A stretch of 64,000 bases of DNA from a virus. Below the pieces are notes generated by a model that did no database searches, was not told the DNA's origin, and saw only the letters and a list, made by a program, of their open reading frames with translations. The position numbers were made by a program, and so were the translations under genes. The stretch is from IMG/VR virus record IMGVR_UViG_3300013767_000188, positions 7,673-71,672 of that record, one strand, 5' to 3'. How positions within the stretch are numbered: position 1 is the first letter of the stretch; the number at the start of each line of letters is the position of its first letter. Below are positions 1 to 9,648 of the stretch, piece after piece.

Positions 1-948
1 GCCGTTGAGGATGTTGACCGCAAACAGGATCGGCAGCGCCGGAGGTACTTCGAACGTGACGGGATAGGTCGGATAGGGCGCGTCGTATCCAGCCGTATCG
101 AAAACATTGCGAGTGGTGTTGCCATTGTAGCCGCACCCTGGAGCCTTCTTCGACCAGATTGCGTTCGCGATTGCATCCAGACCGCCCCCGACCGCAGCGA
201 CGTAGAGCGACTTCCCAGCCAATGTAGCCCCGCCCGCCACGACCGGAGCGGCTGCGTTGTTCTCTGTCACGTAGGCGTCTAACACGCCGGGTACGTCGAG
301 CACCGCAGCCTGCACTGATGGCAGCGAGCCACGGGAATTCAGCGCGACCGATGCCGCGCGCCTTTCCTCGAACGCCTCACGACTTTCGACATCGCGGCCG
401 ATCACGCCATCGGCGTCGTTGGTGATCGAATCCCAACCATTGACTGACTGATAGATCGTGTTCAGCGACCCGGCAGGGCAAACGATGGGCCCTGGGATTT
501 GACACGCGAACGGCAGCACGACGAAACCGGTACCGGCGATTTCACCGGCCTCGGTGCAGACGTAGATGTTTCCGTCTTCGGCCTTCGCGAGGGCGCCAGC
601 CGGGATGATGACACGCGCTCCACCGGTGCACCGCGCCTGCACGACGGTCGGCTCGGATGGGTCGCGCTCGAGGAAGTAGATTCGCCCGATAGCGTCCTGC
701 CAGCGGCCCTCGGCATATGCCGGATCGATCTGTGTGCTTTGCTTGAGGAACTTGTTGTTCGCCTCCGCGATGATCGCGGTCGTGCTTGAGGCTAGTTGCC
801 CCTGCGGCGTGCTGAGCGACGGATTTAGACCACCGCCGAAGGCCGTATTGTAGTCGGCCATGACGCCGTCGAGGACGGCTTGCTCGCTGGGCAGCTGGAC
901 CCCGTTCGGGCCAAACGTGACGCCGGGGACGTTCGTCGCAACTACCAT
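1..948 (-). CDS. Baseplate J-like protein (N-terminal part; runs off the window edge)
   Basis: Hand translation from ATG 948: MVVATNVPGVTFGPNG...LSTPQGQLASS...IDPAYAEGRWQDAIGRIYFLER...GRDVESREAFEERR; position after wedge gene. Confidence 0.85.
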   Translation of the reverse strand, partial: MVVATNVPGVTFGPNGVQLPSEQAVLDGVMADYNTAFGGGLNPSLSTPQGQLASSTTAIIAEANNKFLKQSTQIDPAYAEGRWQDAIGRIYFLERDPSEPTVVQARCTGGARVIIPAGALAKAEDGNIYVCTEAGEIAGTGFVVLPFACQIPGPIVCPAGSLNTIYQSVNGWDSITNDADGVIGRDVESREAFEERRAASVALNSRGSLPSVQAAVLDVPGVLDAYVTENNAAAPVVAGGATLAGKSLYVAAVGGGLDAIANAIWSKKAPGCGYNGNTTRNVFDTAGYDAPYPTYPVTFEVPPALPILFAVNILNG

Positions 949-949
949 G

Positions 950-1297
950 TCAGAATGCCGCCGCTGTTATCTTGCCGGTCTGGTCGGTGACTTGAATTTG
1001 CCCCGTGATCCGGCGCCCGCTGATCGACTGGATGAAGCAGACCGCGGCGATGACACCAGGCACGGTCAGCGCGGCATCGACACACTTGGCTTTGATGTAC
1101 GGCACGTTCGGGGTTCGACCGAGGATCTGGTCATACGGCACGCCCTGCGTCGTGTCGTACCAGAGTTCACCGAGGCGAAGCATGACCGCACTCGCCGCGT
1201 CTTGCGCAAGAGAGTATGGGTTCGAGGCCACGGCGATGTTGCCGGCAACGTCGAGGACCAGGTCCTTCGTCACCGTGTCGAGCAGCATCGTCTTCAT
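950..1297 (-). CDS. Baseplate wedge protein (gp25/W-like)
   Basis: MKTMLLDTVTKDLVLD...LGELWYDTTQGVPY; start overlaps stop of upstream spike gene. Confidence 0.75.
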   Translation of the reverse strand: MKTMLLDTVTKDLVLDVAGNIAVASNPYSLAQDAASAVMLRLGELWYDTTQGVPYDQILGRTPNVPYIKAKCVDAALTVPGVIAAVCFIQSISGRRITGQIQVTDQTGKITAAAF

Positions 1298-2028
1298 CAG
1301 TTGTTTGGTCCCGTGGTGCCAGGTGCGCTCGTTACCGGGTGCGTATGCGCCTTGATGCTCTTGCCCGCCGCAACCACGTCGGTGTCGCCGGTGAGCGTGC
1401 CGCTGACGCGAAGGTTGCCGGCATAGGTACTGGCGCCATTGACTGCCTGAATGGCTCCGCCGAGTTGCAGGTTCTGATTGATGATGACGTTGCCGACGAA
1501 GGTCCATCCAGTCGGACCGGAGGTCAGCTTATTGTTGTTTTTGTCGGCCAGTTCGATCCCGGTTCCGAAGAAACGGACGTATTGCTCCGGCACGCCGTTG
1601 AGAATGCCGCCCATATAGACGCCGTCTGCGAGGTCGAACTTCCGCAGCGATCCTGGCTGCGCCTCTGCCTTTGTCGACTTCACTGCGCTGATGTCGCGGT
1701 CCGCGACCGCCATCCAGCCGATATCGTCGACAGCCGGATCAATGATTACCGCGTTCTTGCCGCCCTGTATCCTCGTATAGGGGACATTGAATATCGTTCC
1801 GTGGGGCGTTGCGTTGCTCGCTCCGTCCAGCTGCTTGACGATCGGCTGCACGTCCACGAACCCGACCGGAGCCACGCCGCCGTCGTTCTCTACGGCAATC
1901 ACCTTGACGATGGTCATGGTGCGCACGCGGGCCAAGCGCTGATTGATCGTGAACATCAGCGCGTTGTATTCCGACGAGTTGTCAGATGGACCTTGCTGCC
2001 CGTACCCCTTGTTCTCTTCGTCGGCCAT
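1297..2028 (-). CDS. Baseplate central spike (gpV/Gp138-like)
   Basis: VDVQPIVKQ, DRDISAVK, RKFDLADGVY, C-terminal HTH metal-binding tip (AHTHPVT). Confidence 0.85.
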   Translation of the reverse strand: MADEENKGYGQQGPSDNSSEYNALMFTINQRLARVRTMTIVKVIAVENDGGVAPVGFVDVQPIVKQLDGASNATPHGTIFNVPYTRIQGGKNAVIIDPAVDDIGWMAVADRDISAVKSTKAEAQPGSLRKFDLADGVYMGGILNGVPEQYVRFFGTGIELADKNNNKLTSGPTGWTFVGNVIINQNLQLGGAIQAVNGASTYAGNLRVSGTLTGDTDVVAAGKSIKAHTHPVTSAPGTTGPNN

Positions 2029-2915
2029 CAGCGCAGCACCGGCGTCGGGAATTTCGGGTTATAGGCGAAGATTGTCGAGAACCATTGGCCGTTCGGCATC
2101 TCCGCCTCAAGCGCATGGTCAAGATTGTAGACAGCCCACTCTCCGCACGCAGCGGGCAGGTCGCTTTCAACTTTTATCTTGTTGCCGAAATTTATTGATG
2201 GGTTGAATAGGGTCTCCAGCATGATGCCGTAGGCCGTATAACTCGGATATCCTTTCATGCCGGTCGCTGGTGACACAATGGGAATTTGCCCGCCGCGCGA
2301 CCCGTTCTTCGGCCATATGATCAGCTTTCGTAGATCGAAGAAAACCGTAATCCCGGCGGCCTCGGCGCAGGCCTGTGCCTGCGTCCGATACGATCCTGAA
2401 AAATATGGGTTCGACAGCTTTGCATCGACCCCATTGTTCTCGAACTCGAATCCCATCTTTGTCGCGAGGCTCGCCATGATCGTTGCCACGTCGGCGCTTC
2501 CCTTGAAGCTCGATGCAACGGCTGGGATGACTGACTGTGGCAGCCCAGCGTGCGCCGAAATGTGAAACGATACCTCCGGCGCGCTTTTGAAATCGGCGTA
2601 AGCTGCAAGGATGTAGCCGACGAATACCGTCGTCATTCCGGTCTTGTCGTCGCCAGCTTCTAGAACAACTTCGTTTTTCGGCACAAGATTGATCTGCATG
2701 CCAAGCGTGGAAAGCTGGTTCATCTGCGATTTGGTCATTCCCCAAATCGTCAGGTCCATCGTGCAGTCCGACGGGCCGCCAGCCTTCGATATCTTCGCTG
2801 AGCAGCGCAGACCCGACAGTTTCACCGTGCTGGAGTTCGTGCCGACGAACTTCGTATCCTTCGCGTCCGGAGACAGCGAGAACGTCACATCGATTTTACG
2901 TCGGACAAAGGCCAC
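2028..2915 (-). CDS. Baseplate hub protein
   Basis: 295 aa; LTIWGM, VVLEAGD, VFVGYI motifs; position upstream of spike. Confidence 0.75.
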   Translation of the reverse strand: MAFVRRKIDVTFSLSPDAKDTKFVGTNSSTVKLSGLRCSAKISKAGGPSDCTMDLTIWGMTKSQMNQLSTLGMQINLVPKNEVVLEAGDDKTGMTTVFVGYILAAYADFKSAPEVSFHISAHAGLPQSVIPAVASSFKGSADVATIMASLATKMGFEFENNGVDAKLSNPYFSGSYRTQAQACAEAAGITVFFDLRKLIIWPKNGSRGGQIPIVSPATGMKGYPSYTAYGIMLETLFNPSINFGNKIKVESDLPAACGEWAVYNLDHALEAEMPNGQWFSTIFAYNPKFPTPVLR

Positions 2916-2919
2916 GGTC

Positions 2920-3234
2920 TTACCCCTGACCGGGCGGGAGGTCCGCCGCTTCGAGATAGATCAGCACGAACCGCCGTCCGAGACCGGTATAGTCAGGATT
3001 GGCGTCGCCCTGTGTGTCGACGAAGATGAAATCTCCGGAGAACCCGAGATACAGCGACCGCACGATCCTGTTCTTGTTCTGGCAAAGCACCCCACCGATA
3101 ACGAGGGTGCCGCTCAGGAACACGTCCATGAACATGCCGGTCGATTTCTGATAGACGCTGAGCCTGCAGGACTGGTTCGCAAGCTGAACGTCGAAGGTCT
3201 GGCTCGGCACGGGCGTCAGCGGCACGACCTGCAT
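2920..3234 (-). CDS. Small baseplate (plug-like) protein
   Basis: MQVVPLTPVPSQTFDVQL...FSGDFIFVDTQGDANPDYTGLGRRFVLIY; synteny. Confidence 0.7.
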   Translation of the reverse strand: MQVVPLTPVPSQTFDVQLANQSCRLSVYQKSTGMFMDVFLSGTLVIGGVLCQNKNRIVRSLYLGFSGDFIFVDTQGDANPDYTGLGRRFVLIYLEAADLPPGQG

Positions 3235-3953
3235 TACTGGAAATCCGTCTGAAAGCCGGTCATTGGATCGGAGAATGACGATGGCGCCGGCACGGGCTGC
3301 ACCGTGCCGGTGCTGACTTGCGGCGATGCGCCAGGTGACTTTGGCTCGACGATCTTTGTGGTCCCGCCTGGCCGAACGGATATCTCCGTCGTCGACGAGG
3401 CGCCGGCCGGTGCGCTGCTCGTCCCAGCACTGTCCGGGCTGGTGAACTGCGCCGTCGCGTTGTTGCGGATCTCGGTGCACCAAACATCGATGGTGATAAG
3501 TCCGTTGCCGCGGTAAGCGTTGCGTCGGAAGTCCTGATGGTTGATGTTGACGTTGGAGTAAATCTTCTCCGGCGTCACCGCGTCGAACAAGTCCATCGAT
3601 GCCGATGCAGCTTCTAGCGAAGAAAGCATCGCCTCGCGGTCCGCGTCAGAACCGCCCGTGGCAAACCGCAGACGGACGCCGAAAGGCGTCTCGACCTTGT
3701 TGTAGGTCTCGAACGCGCCCTTTTCGAGCGGATAGGTCGGAAGGCTCCAATCCTGCTTGAAGTCGAACGATACGACGCTGTCCGCGATGACGACAGGCAC
3801 ACCGTCCTTAAACAGGCCCCATTGCGGCGCGCCGATTCCGCCGAACAGCGATACGGCATCGGCGGCCAGAAGGATGATCTGGTCCAGCACCGCACCAGCG
3901 GCGCGCGGCAGGGCAGGGACGCCCGGCACGTTTGGGACGTTCGGGAATGCCAT
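3234..3953 (-). CDS. Tail tube initiator / Dit-like baseplate protein
   Basis: PTYPLEKGAFETYNKVETP motif; directly follows tape measure. Confidence 0.7.
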   Translation of the reverse strand: MAFPNVPNVPGVPALPRAAGAVLDQIILLAADAVSLFGGIGAPQWGLFKDGVPVVIADSVVSFDFKQDWSLPTYPLEKGAFETYNKVETPFGVRLRFATGGSDADREAMLSSLEAASASMDLFDAVTPEKIYSNVNINHQDFRRNAYRGNGLITIDVWCTEIRNNATAQFTSPDSAGTSSAPAGASSTTEISVRPGGTTKIVEPKSPGASPQVSTGTVQPVPAPSSFSDPMTGFQTDFQ

Positions 3954-3954
3954 T

Positions 3955-5391
3955 TTAGTTCTGACCGTCGTTGGCTTGTGCAGCCGCGCTCTGACGCCGC
4001 TGCAGTTCGGCGCGCACGTCCTGGCCTATCTTCGTGCCATCGGCATTCGGACCGGCGTTGACCTCGATCTTGTCGATATTGATCTCGGTCGATGTCGAGT
4101 TGCCGCCGCCCTGACCGATCCCGGCCCAGCGCGAGCCTTTCCAGCCATGCCAAGGACCCCAGCCGCTCTGCTTGGCTTGATCCAGTGCGAACTGGATTTG
4201 TTCGCGCTCTGTCGCCGGATCGCTCGCGTGTTTCCCGGTCTTCTTCGTGAACTCATCGCCGAGGCCCGCATTGCTCAGGCCTGGGATATTGTTCTTGTAG
4301 TGAAGCTGGAACGCGCCGAACGACGTTCCCTTATCACCTACATAGTTGTCGAAGCCTTCGCTCTTGGCGACGGCCATTGCGATGTTCGGGTCAATTCCGC
4401 GCTTCCTGGCCTCTTCACGAATGTAGGCTTCCTTCTCCGACTTCGTCGCGAAGGAGGCGCCGCCGCCTGCGTCGCCATAGGACGGCTTCGGCATCTTCGA
4501 CTCGGCTGCCTTGCCGTATCCTAAGATACTCGCCAGCGAACCCCATGGGTCGTTGCCAAAGTTGCCTAGCGCCTCCATGTCGGAGGCGGCACCGGCATTC
4601 ATGCCTTTGATGACATTCCCGAACCAGCCACCCAACAAGCTGCGCGTTGCCGACTCGGATTTCAGCGACATTTCGGCCCACTGCCGCTCAAGCGACTGTG
4701 CGTCCTTTGTGGCTTTCTCCGTCGCGACGCCGATCTGCTTGACGTAGTCCAGAAACTCCTTCGTCTTTGCGGAGCCCTGGATCAGGATATCGATCATCGC
4801 CGGATCGAGGCCGATGCGACGGCCAAGCATGCCGGCTCGCGCCGGGTCCTTGTCGTAGATTGCTTTCATATTGTCGGCTAGGTCGAGAAAGCTCTGGTCG
4901 ACGCCCTTGTTGACGTCGATGATCTTTCCGCCCGCGGTCGATATCGCGCGAAAGTCGGCGATCAGCGGCGAGACAATTCCGACCTTCCACCCCGCGAACG
5001 CGTCGGAAACCGTGGTGAAGGATGCGGCCATGCCCTCCGCCGAACCGCCAAACAGGCGGGCAACGGCTTGCCACTTCGTGATGGTTCCGACGCTCTCGCC
5101 AACGCTTCGAGACAACCGGCCCACCGAAGCGTCGGCGCGGATGATCCCACCAACGAACTCAACGACACCCTTGCCCCCGGTAAAGACCGCGAACATGTCA
5201 AGCGCCGTCCGGCGCAGGTCGGAGATCGACAGACCGACGCGGCGGGACCTTTCCTCAGTGTCCTTCGCTCCCTTTTCAGCTTCTTCCTGCGTTCTTTTGA
5301 ACGCCGCCAATGCCTCTCGCTGACCTTCGGTGAACTTGCGCGGATCCAGCCCAAGCTCGACGACGAGCGAGTCGATGACGGTACCGGTCAT
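3955..5391 (-). CDS. Tape measure protein with C-terminal lysozyme/transglycosylase-like domain
   Basis: N-terminus VIDSLVVELGLD; C-terminal AMAVAKSEG...SFGAFQL...WGPW. Confidence 0.8.
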   Translation of the reverse strand: MTGTVIDSLVVELGLDPRKFTEGQREALAAFKRTQEEAEKGAKDTEERSRRVGLSISDLRRTALDMFAVFTGGKGVVEFVGGIIRADASVGRLSRSVGESVGTITKWQAVARLFGGSAEGMAASFTTVSDAFAGWKVGIVSPLIADFRAISTAGGKIIDVNKGVDQSFLDLADNMKAIYDKDPARAGMLGRRIGLDPAMIDILIQGSAKTKEFLDYVKQIGVATEKATKDAQSLERQWAEMSLKSESATRSLLGGWFGNVIKGMNAGAASDMEALGNFGNDPWGSLASILGYGKAAESKMPKPSYGDAGGGASFATKSEKEAYIREEARKRGIDPNIAMAVAKSEGFDNYVGDKGTSFGAFQLHYKNNIPGLSNAGLGDEFTKKTGKHASDPATEREQIQFALDQAKQSGWGPWHGWKGSRWAGIGQGGGNSTSTEINIDKIEVNAGPNADGTKIGQDVRAELQRRQSAAAQANDGQN

Positions 5392-5394
5392 TCG

Positions 5395-5628
5395 TCACCT
5401 CCTCGCTTTGAGAACCCTGGCATTGTGAGCATCGACGCGCACGACCTCGATCAGATCGTAACAGTCTTCGACCGACATGGTTGTGTGCAGCGGAATGAAC
5501 AGCGTCCTGTCGATCGACAGCATCGATCCGATCAGCCAGGGGACGTTGACGTAGTCTGCGAGCCCTCTTGTGTCTTCGCCGATACCCGCAGACCTAACAT
5601 CCAGAGGGCGTCGGCGTGCGTAAAACCC
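5395..5628 (-). CDS. -1 frameshift extension of tail assembly chaperone (GT-type)
   Basis: G GGT TTT heptamer at 5628-5622; -1 frame open for 77 codons to TGA 5395, just before tape measure start. Confidence 0.75.
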   Translation of the reverse strand, partial: GFYARRRPLDVRSAGIGEDTRGLADYVNVPWLIGSMLSIDRTLFIPLHTTMSVEDCYDLIEVVRVDAHNARVLKARR

Positions 5629-6022
5629 GCGTGGAGCTCAAGGACCTCCTTGCGCAAGAACATGCGGGTCGGCACTTCCTCGATATCGTCCGCGATCAGT
5701 CCGCGCACCACGGCGAGATTGTTCGGGTCCGGGCATATCTGAACACACCCCATCATTTCGTCGGCCAATGGCTCGAGATCGATCCATTTTGATTCGCTGA
5801 ACGCTCTCATGCCGATCATTGCGACGCCGATGATGCCGAGAGCGACAATCTCTTGCGGCACTTCGATTCTGGCGTGCGACATCGCCAGATACGCCCGCAT
5901 GGCCCACTTTTCGGCCTGCGCGGCTGGCATTTCCGTGATGAGGAAGTGCTTGCCGATGTCTCGGCTCTTGTCTTCCGGGCCTTTGGCGGTGATTGGTACC
6001 AACTTCGTTTTACGCGGCATGT
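5532..6022 (-). CDS. Tail assembly chaperone (G-type)
   Basis: RDIGKHFLITEMPAAQAEKWA...DIEEVPTRMFLRKEVLELH; between tube and tape measure. Confidence 0.8.
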
Positions 6023-6028
6023 GACTGT

Positions 6029-6454
6029 TTATGTCGCCGATGGCGACATACTCTCCCATTCGATGGTGAAACGGACCGGCTGCAGGATTTTCTTGGCGTC
6101 CGGAATCGGCTGGAAGCCGGTCAGGAAGCCCTTCGTCATGGTCCACTTCTTGCCCCGGCTCGGCAGGGTGATGACGGCGTTCGCGGTATAGGTCACGCGG
6201 TTCGCCTGCGAGGTCTCATGCCAGGTGGAGAAGAACTCGATCGAGTCGGAATCGCCTATCAGCGCATAGTTCTGACGGATGTCGCTGTAGACGAACCCGC
6301 CCGACAATTTGCCGTCGACACCGCGCTGCACCTCGGCCGACTTCAACGGGTCGGTGGAGAACACGTCGTCAGTGGCAAACTGCTGGATCTGTTGCGGGGT
6401 CGGAAACAAGAGCGGGATGGTGAAGTAGATAATCGCATCGGCTGCGGTAAGCAT
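6029..6454 (-). CDS. Tail tube protein
   Basis: 141 aa after sheath; QQFATDD, GVDGKLSGGFV. Confidence 0.8.
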   Translation of the reverse strand: MLTAADAIIYFTIPLLFPTPQQIQQFATDDVFSTDPLKSAEVQRGVDGKLSGGFVYSDIRQNYALIGDSDSIEFFSTWHETSQANRVTYTANAVITLPSRGKKWTMTKGFLTGFQPIPDAKKILQPVRFTIEWESMSPSAT

Positions 6455-6480
6455 GGTCGATCGCTCCTTATGTCTGCGAT

Positions 6481-8232
6481 TTACTGAACCGCGACCGCGG
6501 CGAGGCTGATGAACTGGACAGACTGGCCGTCCACGTACCAGAACGTGCAGGGCGGCGAGCCGCGCGCAGCGCGCACGGCGGGGATGGCGTCACCGACGCT
6601 CAGGTACCAGCCGCGCTGAGCAAGCGTGCCGGCGATGTCCCTGCCAGCGTCGGCGTTGATCCGCGCGATCTGCGAAGCCGACAGGGTGACGCCGCCGCGA
6701 TAGGCGCCGAAGGTCAGGCCCTGATTGATGACGTCGGCAAGCGCGGCCTCGATGGCCGTGCGCCCGGCAGCATTGTACGGCACAGACTTCGACGCCTTGA
6801 GAAACGCGATGAGCGCGCGCTGGAACGTGGTCGTGATCCAGATTTGATTGATGAAGCTGTCGAACCACCGGAAGCGGCCGGAGACGAACCCGTTGGCGAA
6901 GAAGATCGATTCATCGTCGGCCGGACCGTAGGCGCCATAGAAGTTGTAGCCGTTACCACGGTCGTCGGTCGCCGGGTTGCCGCCAAGGTTGAACGCTGTC
7001 GTCTCGTCCGTCACGCTTGCGACAAGACCGGCCTGCGCGCGGAACTTGAAGGTGATGCGACCGTTCGGCTGCGTGAAGTCGATCGAGGCGGCAGTACCGC
7101 ACACAAACGCCGCATCAGTCATGCCGAGATCGGCACTCGCGGCCCAAATCAAACAGGTGCCGGAATAGTCACCCTGATCGATCTTGTAGCCGAGGCTCGT
7201 CGTTGACGGGTCTTGCGCGGCCGGATTCGGATCGGTGTCCCAGCATGGAAAGCCGAAGCGGTCGCCTTGCTCCGAAGTCCACTGCGCAAATGCAAGTTTG
7301 AGCGTGTTGCTGCCGACGCTGTCCGGATCAAAGGCCAGCATAAAGGTCGCCCAATTCTGTGTAACCAGCGCCAGCGCCGTCATGAACGCGGCTGGCGTCG
7401 CGGCCGCAGCACCTTGCGAGGTCACCGCCGACGTTGCCTGCGTCAGCAGAAGGGCCGTGGCAGCCGCGCCCGACGCGAAGGTGATCTTCGAGTTCGCGCC
7501 GGTGGTCGCCGACACGAACACGAACCCGCCCGACACGCTGTCGAAATACACGGCAGGATCGGTCGTGGTGAAGCCTTGCGATCCGACCGACTGCGGCACC
7601 GACACCGTGTAGGTGCCAAGACCTCCGACCGGCCCGGTGAGCTGGTTCACGATGAAGGTGCCAGCCGCCACGCCGGCGCCATCGAGCAGCTGGCCGACCT
7701 CTAGCGTGCCGGTGAGACCAGACGCCACGGTCAGCACCGATGTGGTGATCGACCCCGTGAACGCGGCCGCAGCCGTGCCCTCGATGCCGAGGGCCTGCTG
7801 GATGATCTGCGCTGCGCCGGTGAAGGACAGCGCGGCGCTGAGATTGATGCTGGCTGACTGAACGATATCGTCGATGGTGACACTGAACGATCCGGAGATC
7901 GCCTGCAACTGCGCCAGCGACAACAGCCCGGCATTGCCGCCGCGCAGATAGGCAGAGACGGCCGTGGTGTTGTACTGCGCGAACAGAACCGCGCCTGGCT
8001 TCGTGTTCGAGCCGTCGAATCCGGCGAAGTACGTCGCGGCTAGGCTGGCTTCCAGCGAAGTGCCACCAAAGAACCGCGAAACCGCAGCCGCGCTGGGGAA
8101 CGACAGAACAGCGCCGATCGGCACCCGGTCATTTTTCGTCAGAATGAGACCGTTGAGGACGACCGCGGAGCCTCCCGCGCTAAGCACGTTCGGCACCACG
8201 TTGACGATATTTTTGGCAGGAATCGTGGACAT
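6481..8232 (-). CDS. Tail sheath protein (DUF3383-like)
   Basis: MSTIPAKNIVNVVPNVLSAGG; QNWATF; NGYNFYG; WFDSFINQIW; R.ARGSPP...WYVDGQSVQ. Confidence 0.9.
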   Translation of the reverse strand: MSTIPAKNIVNVVPNVLSAGGSAVVLNGLILTKNDRVPIGAVLSFPSAAAVSRFFGGTSLEASLAATYFAGFDGSNTKPGAVLFAQYNTTAVSAYLRGGNAGLLSLAQLQAISGSFSVTIDDIVQSASINLSAALSFTGAAQIIQQALGIEGTAAAAFTGSITTSVLTVASGLTGTLEVGQLLDGAGVAAGTFIVNQLTGPVGGLGTYTVSVPQSVGSQGFTTTDPAVYFDSVSGGFVFVSATTGANSKITFASGAAATALLLTQATSAVTSQGAAAATPAAFMTALALVTQNWATFMLAFDPDSVGSNTLKLAFAQWTSEQGDRFGFPCWDTDPNPAAQDPSTTSLGYKIDQGDYSGTCLIWAASADLGMTDAAFVCGTAASIDFTQPNGRITFKFRAQAGLVASVTDETTAFNLGGNPATDDRGNGYNFYGAYGPADDESIFFANGFVSGRFRWFDSFINQIWITTTFQRALIAFLKASKSVPYNAAGRTAIEAALADVINQGLTFGAYRGGVTLSASQIARINADAGRDIAGTLAQRGWYLSVGDAIPAVRAARGSPPCTFWYVDGQSVQFISLAAVAVQ

Positions 8233-8245
8233 GCGGTTGTTCCTC

Positions 8246-8977
8246 TTAGGAAGCGGGGTAGGTGGCTTCGACGCTGACGATGGTCAGGTCGACCACGTCG
8301 GCAGCCTGTTGCGGCACGCTGACCGTTTGATTGGCCTGTAAATGAGCGTCGACGACCCAGCGGTCTTCGTACTGCTGCTCGCCGTTGACGAACGGCAGCC
8401 GCCTTGGGTCTTCCGCGTAAAGCGGCGATACGTGCGGGTTAAGGGCGGCGAACGCTGCGACGGCGTATGCGTCGCGCATCATCGTTGCAATGATCTGCGC
8501 GTTGTCTGTCGCTCCGGGCCCGTGGATATCGATCTGCTGCGTCACCCGCGTTGGCTGCGTGACTCTCGTGGAGCCGGCCGCCATCACTTCGCTTGAGACG
8601 TTCTGCGACGGCTCGACGCGATATGTGCCAAGACCGCCCGTCGCGCCCGTCATCTGGGACACGATCCGCGTCTGCGCCGCGACGTCCTCTCCGAAGACGG
8701 TTGCGCCGCTCAGGATCACTCCGAAGGAGAGTTCGGTGACGGTCAGCACATCGAAGGCGATCGCGCCGACGAACCTGACGTCAACGAAGTCATCCAGGTT
8801 GGTCGAGAGGCGGCCGCGAAGTGTCGGGGTCATCACGACATAGGATGCTGCTTTCGGCTCAGCCACGCGGTTGGGCTGGCCGACCATGATCTCGACGTCA
8901 TCCGGCAGGATGGCCTGCATGAATTTTCCAAGCGCCTTCTGGATGTCGGACTGGTTCGGTGACACCGTCAGACCCAC
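8246..8977 (-). CDS. Tail terminator / neck protein with inserted beta domain
   Basis: GQPNRVAEP, QIDIHGP, PLYAEDP..PFVNGEQQYEDRW; upstream of sheath. Confidence 0.75.
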   Translation of the reverse strand: MGLTVSPNQSDIQKALGKFMQAILPDDVEIMVGQPNRVAEPKAASYVVMTPTLRGRLSTNLDDFVDVRFVGAIAFDVLTVTELSFGVILSGATVFGEDVAAQTRIVSQMTGATGGLGTYRVEPSQNVSSEVMAAGSTRVTQPTRVTQQIDIHGPGATDNAQIIATMMRDAYAVAAFAALNPHVSPLYAEDPRRLPFVNGEQQYEDRWVVDAHLQANQTVSVPQQAADVVDLTIVSVEATYPAS

Positions 8978-8986
8978 GTGCGCGAC

Positions 8987-9259
8987 CTATCGATAGTAGG
9001 AGACGTTGAGGACGGCGCTTGCGCTCTGCTCGATGAACTTGATCTTCGACAGTGTGCCCGAGTACTGAAAAATCGCGCCCTTCACCAGCGGCATGCCGAT
9101 CGAAGCCGTCGGCGCGGCGCCGTCGTCGCGGTATCGAACATCCTGCGTGTCGGCGGTGATAATGGCGAATGTCGCGCCCGCTGGGACAGTCAATCCCTTC
9201 GCGGCCGACAGGCCTGTGATCTGCTCATACCCAAGCGGAACGGATGGTTGTGCGAACAT
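8987..9259 (-). CDS. Hypothetical small beta-rich virion protein
   Basis: 90 aa in neck operon (VRYRDDGAAPTASIGMPL). Confidence 0.6.
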   Translation of the reverse strand: MFAQPSVPLGYEQITGLSAAKGLTVPAGATFAIITADTQDVRYRDDGAAPTASIGMPLVKGAIFQYSGTLSKIKFIEQSASAVLNVSYYR

Positions 9260-9272
9260 TGATGTTGTTCCC

Positions 9273-9647
9273 TTAAGGGCTGTTCTGCAGCGTGACTGCG
9301 ACCTTGCACCAGTCGGGCCAGTACTCGAGCACGAGGGCGACCAGCCAGACCAAGCCGTCCGGCGTGGTGATCAGGTCACCGCCCTTGTTTTGGGTGCGCA
9401 CCAGACCGTCGAGGCGACCTTCGATATAGATCGCGCGCCGTTCGCCCTGAATGTTCAGGTTGTCCATGTGCTTGATGTCGTCGTAGCTCAGCGCCTGGAC
9501 CTGACCCATGCGGGTTATTTCTGGCGCGAACGCCGCAGATCGCGTGAAGTCATCGTTCTTCACAGAGCCGGTGCTGATCTTGATTCTCAGGGGCACGTGC
9601 GGGTTTACCGCGCCGATTGCCCCTGAGACGATGCCGTGCAGGTCCAC
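9273..9647 (-). CDS. Head closure / head-tail joining protein
   Basis: GTG 9647: MDLHGIVSGAIGAVNP...QVQALS...GGDLI...WLVALVLEYWPDWCKVAV. Confidence 0.7.
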   Translation of the reverse strand: MDLHGIVSGAIGAVNPHVPLRIKISTGSVKNDDFTRSAAFAPEITRMGQVQALSYDDIKHMDNLNIQGERRAIYIEGRLDGLVRTQNKGGDLITTPDGLVWLVALVLEYWPDWCKVAVTLQNSP

Positions 9648-9648
9648 G

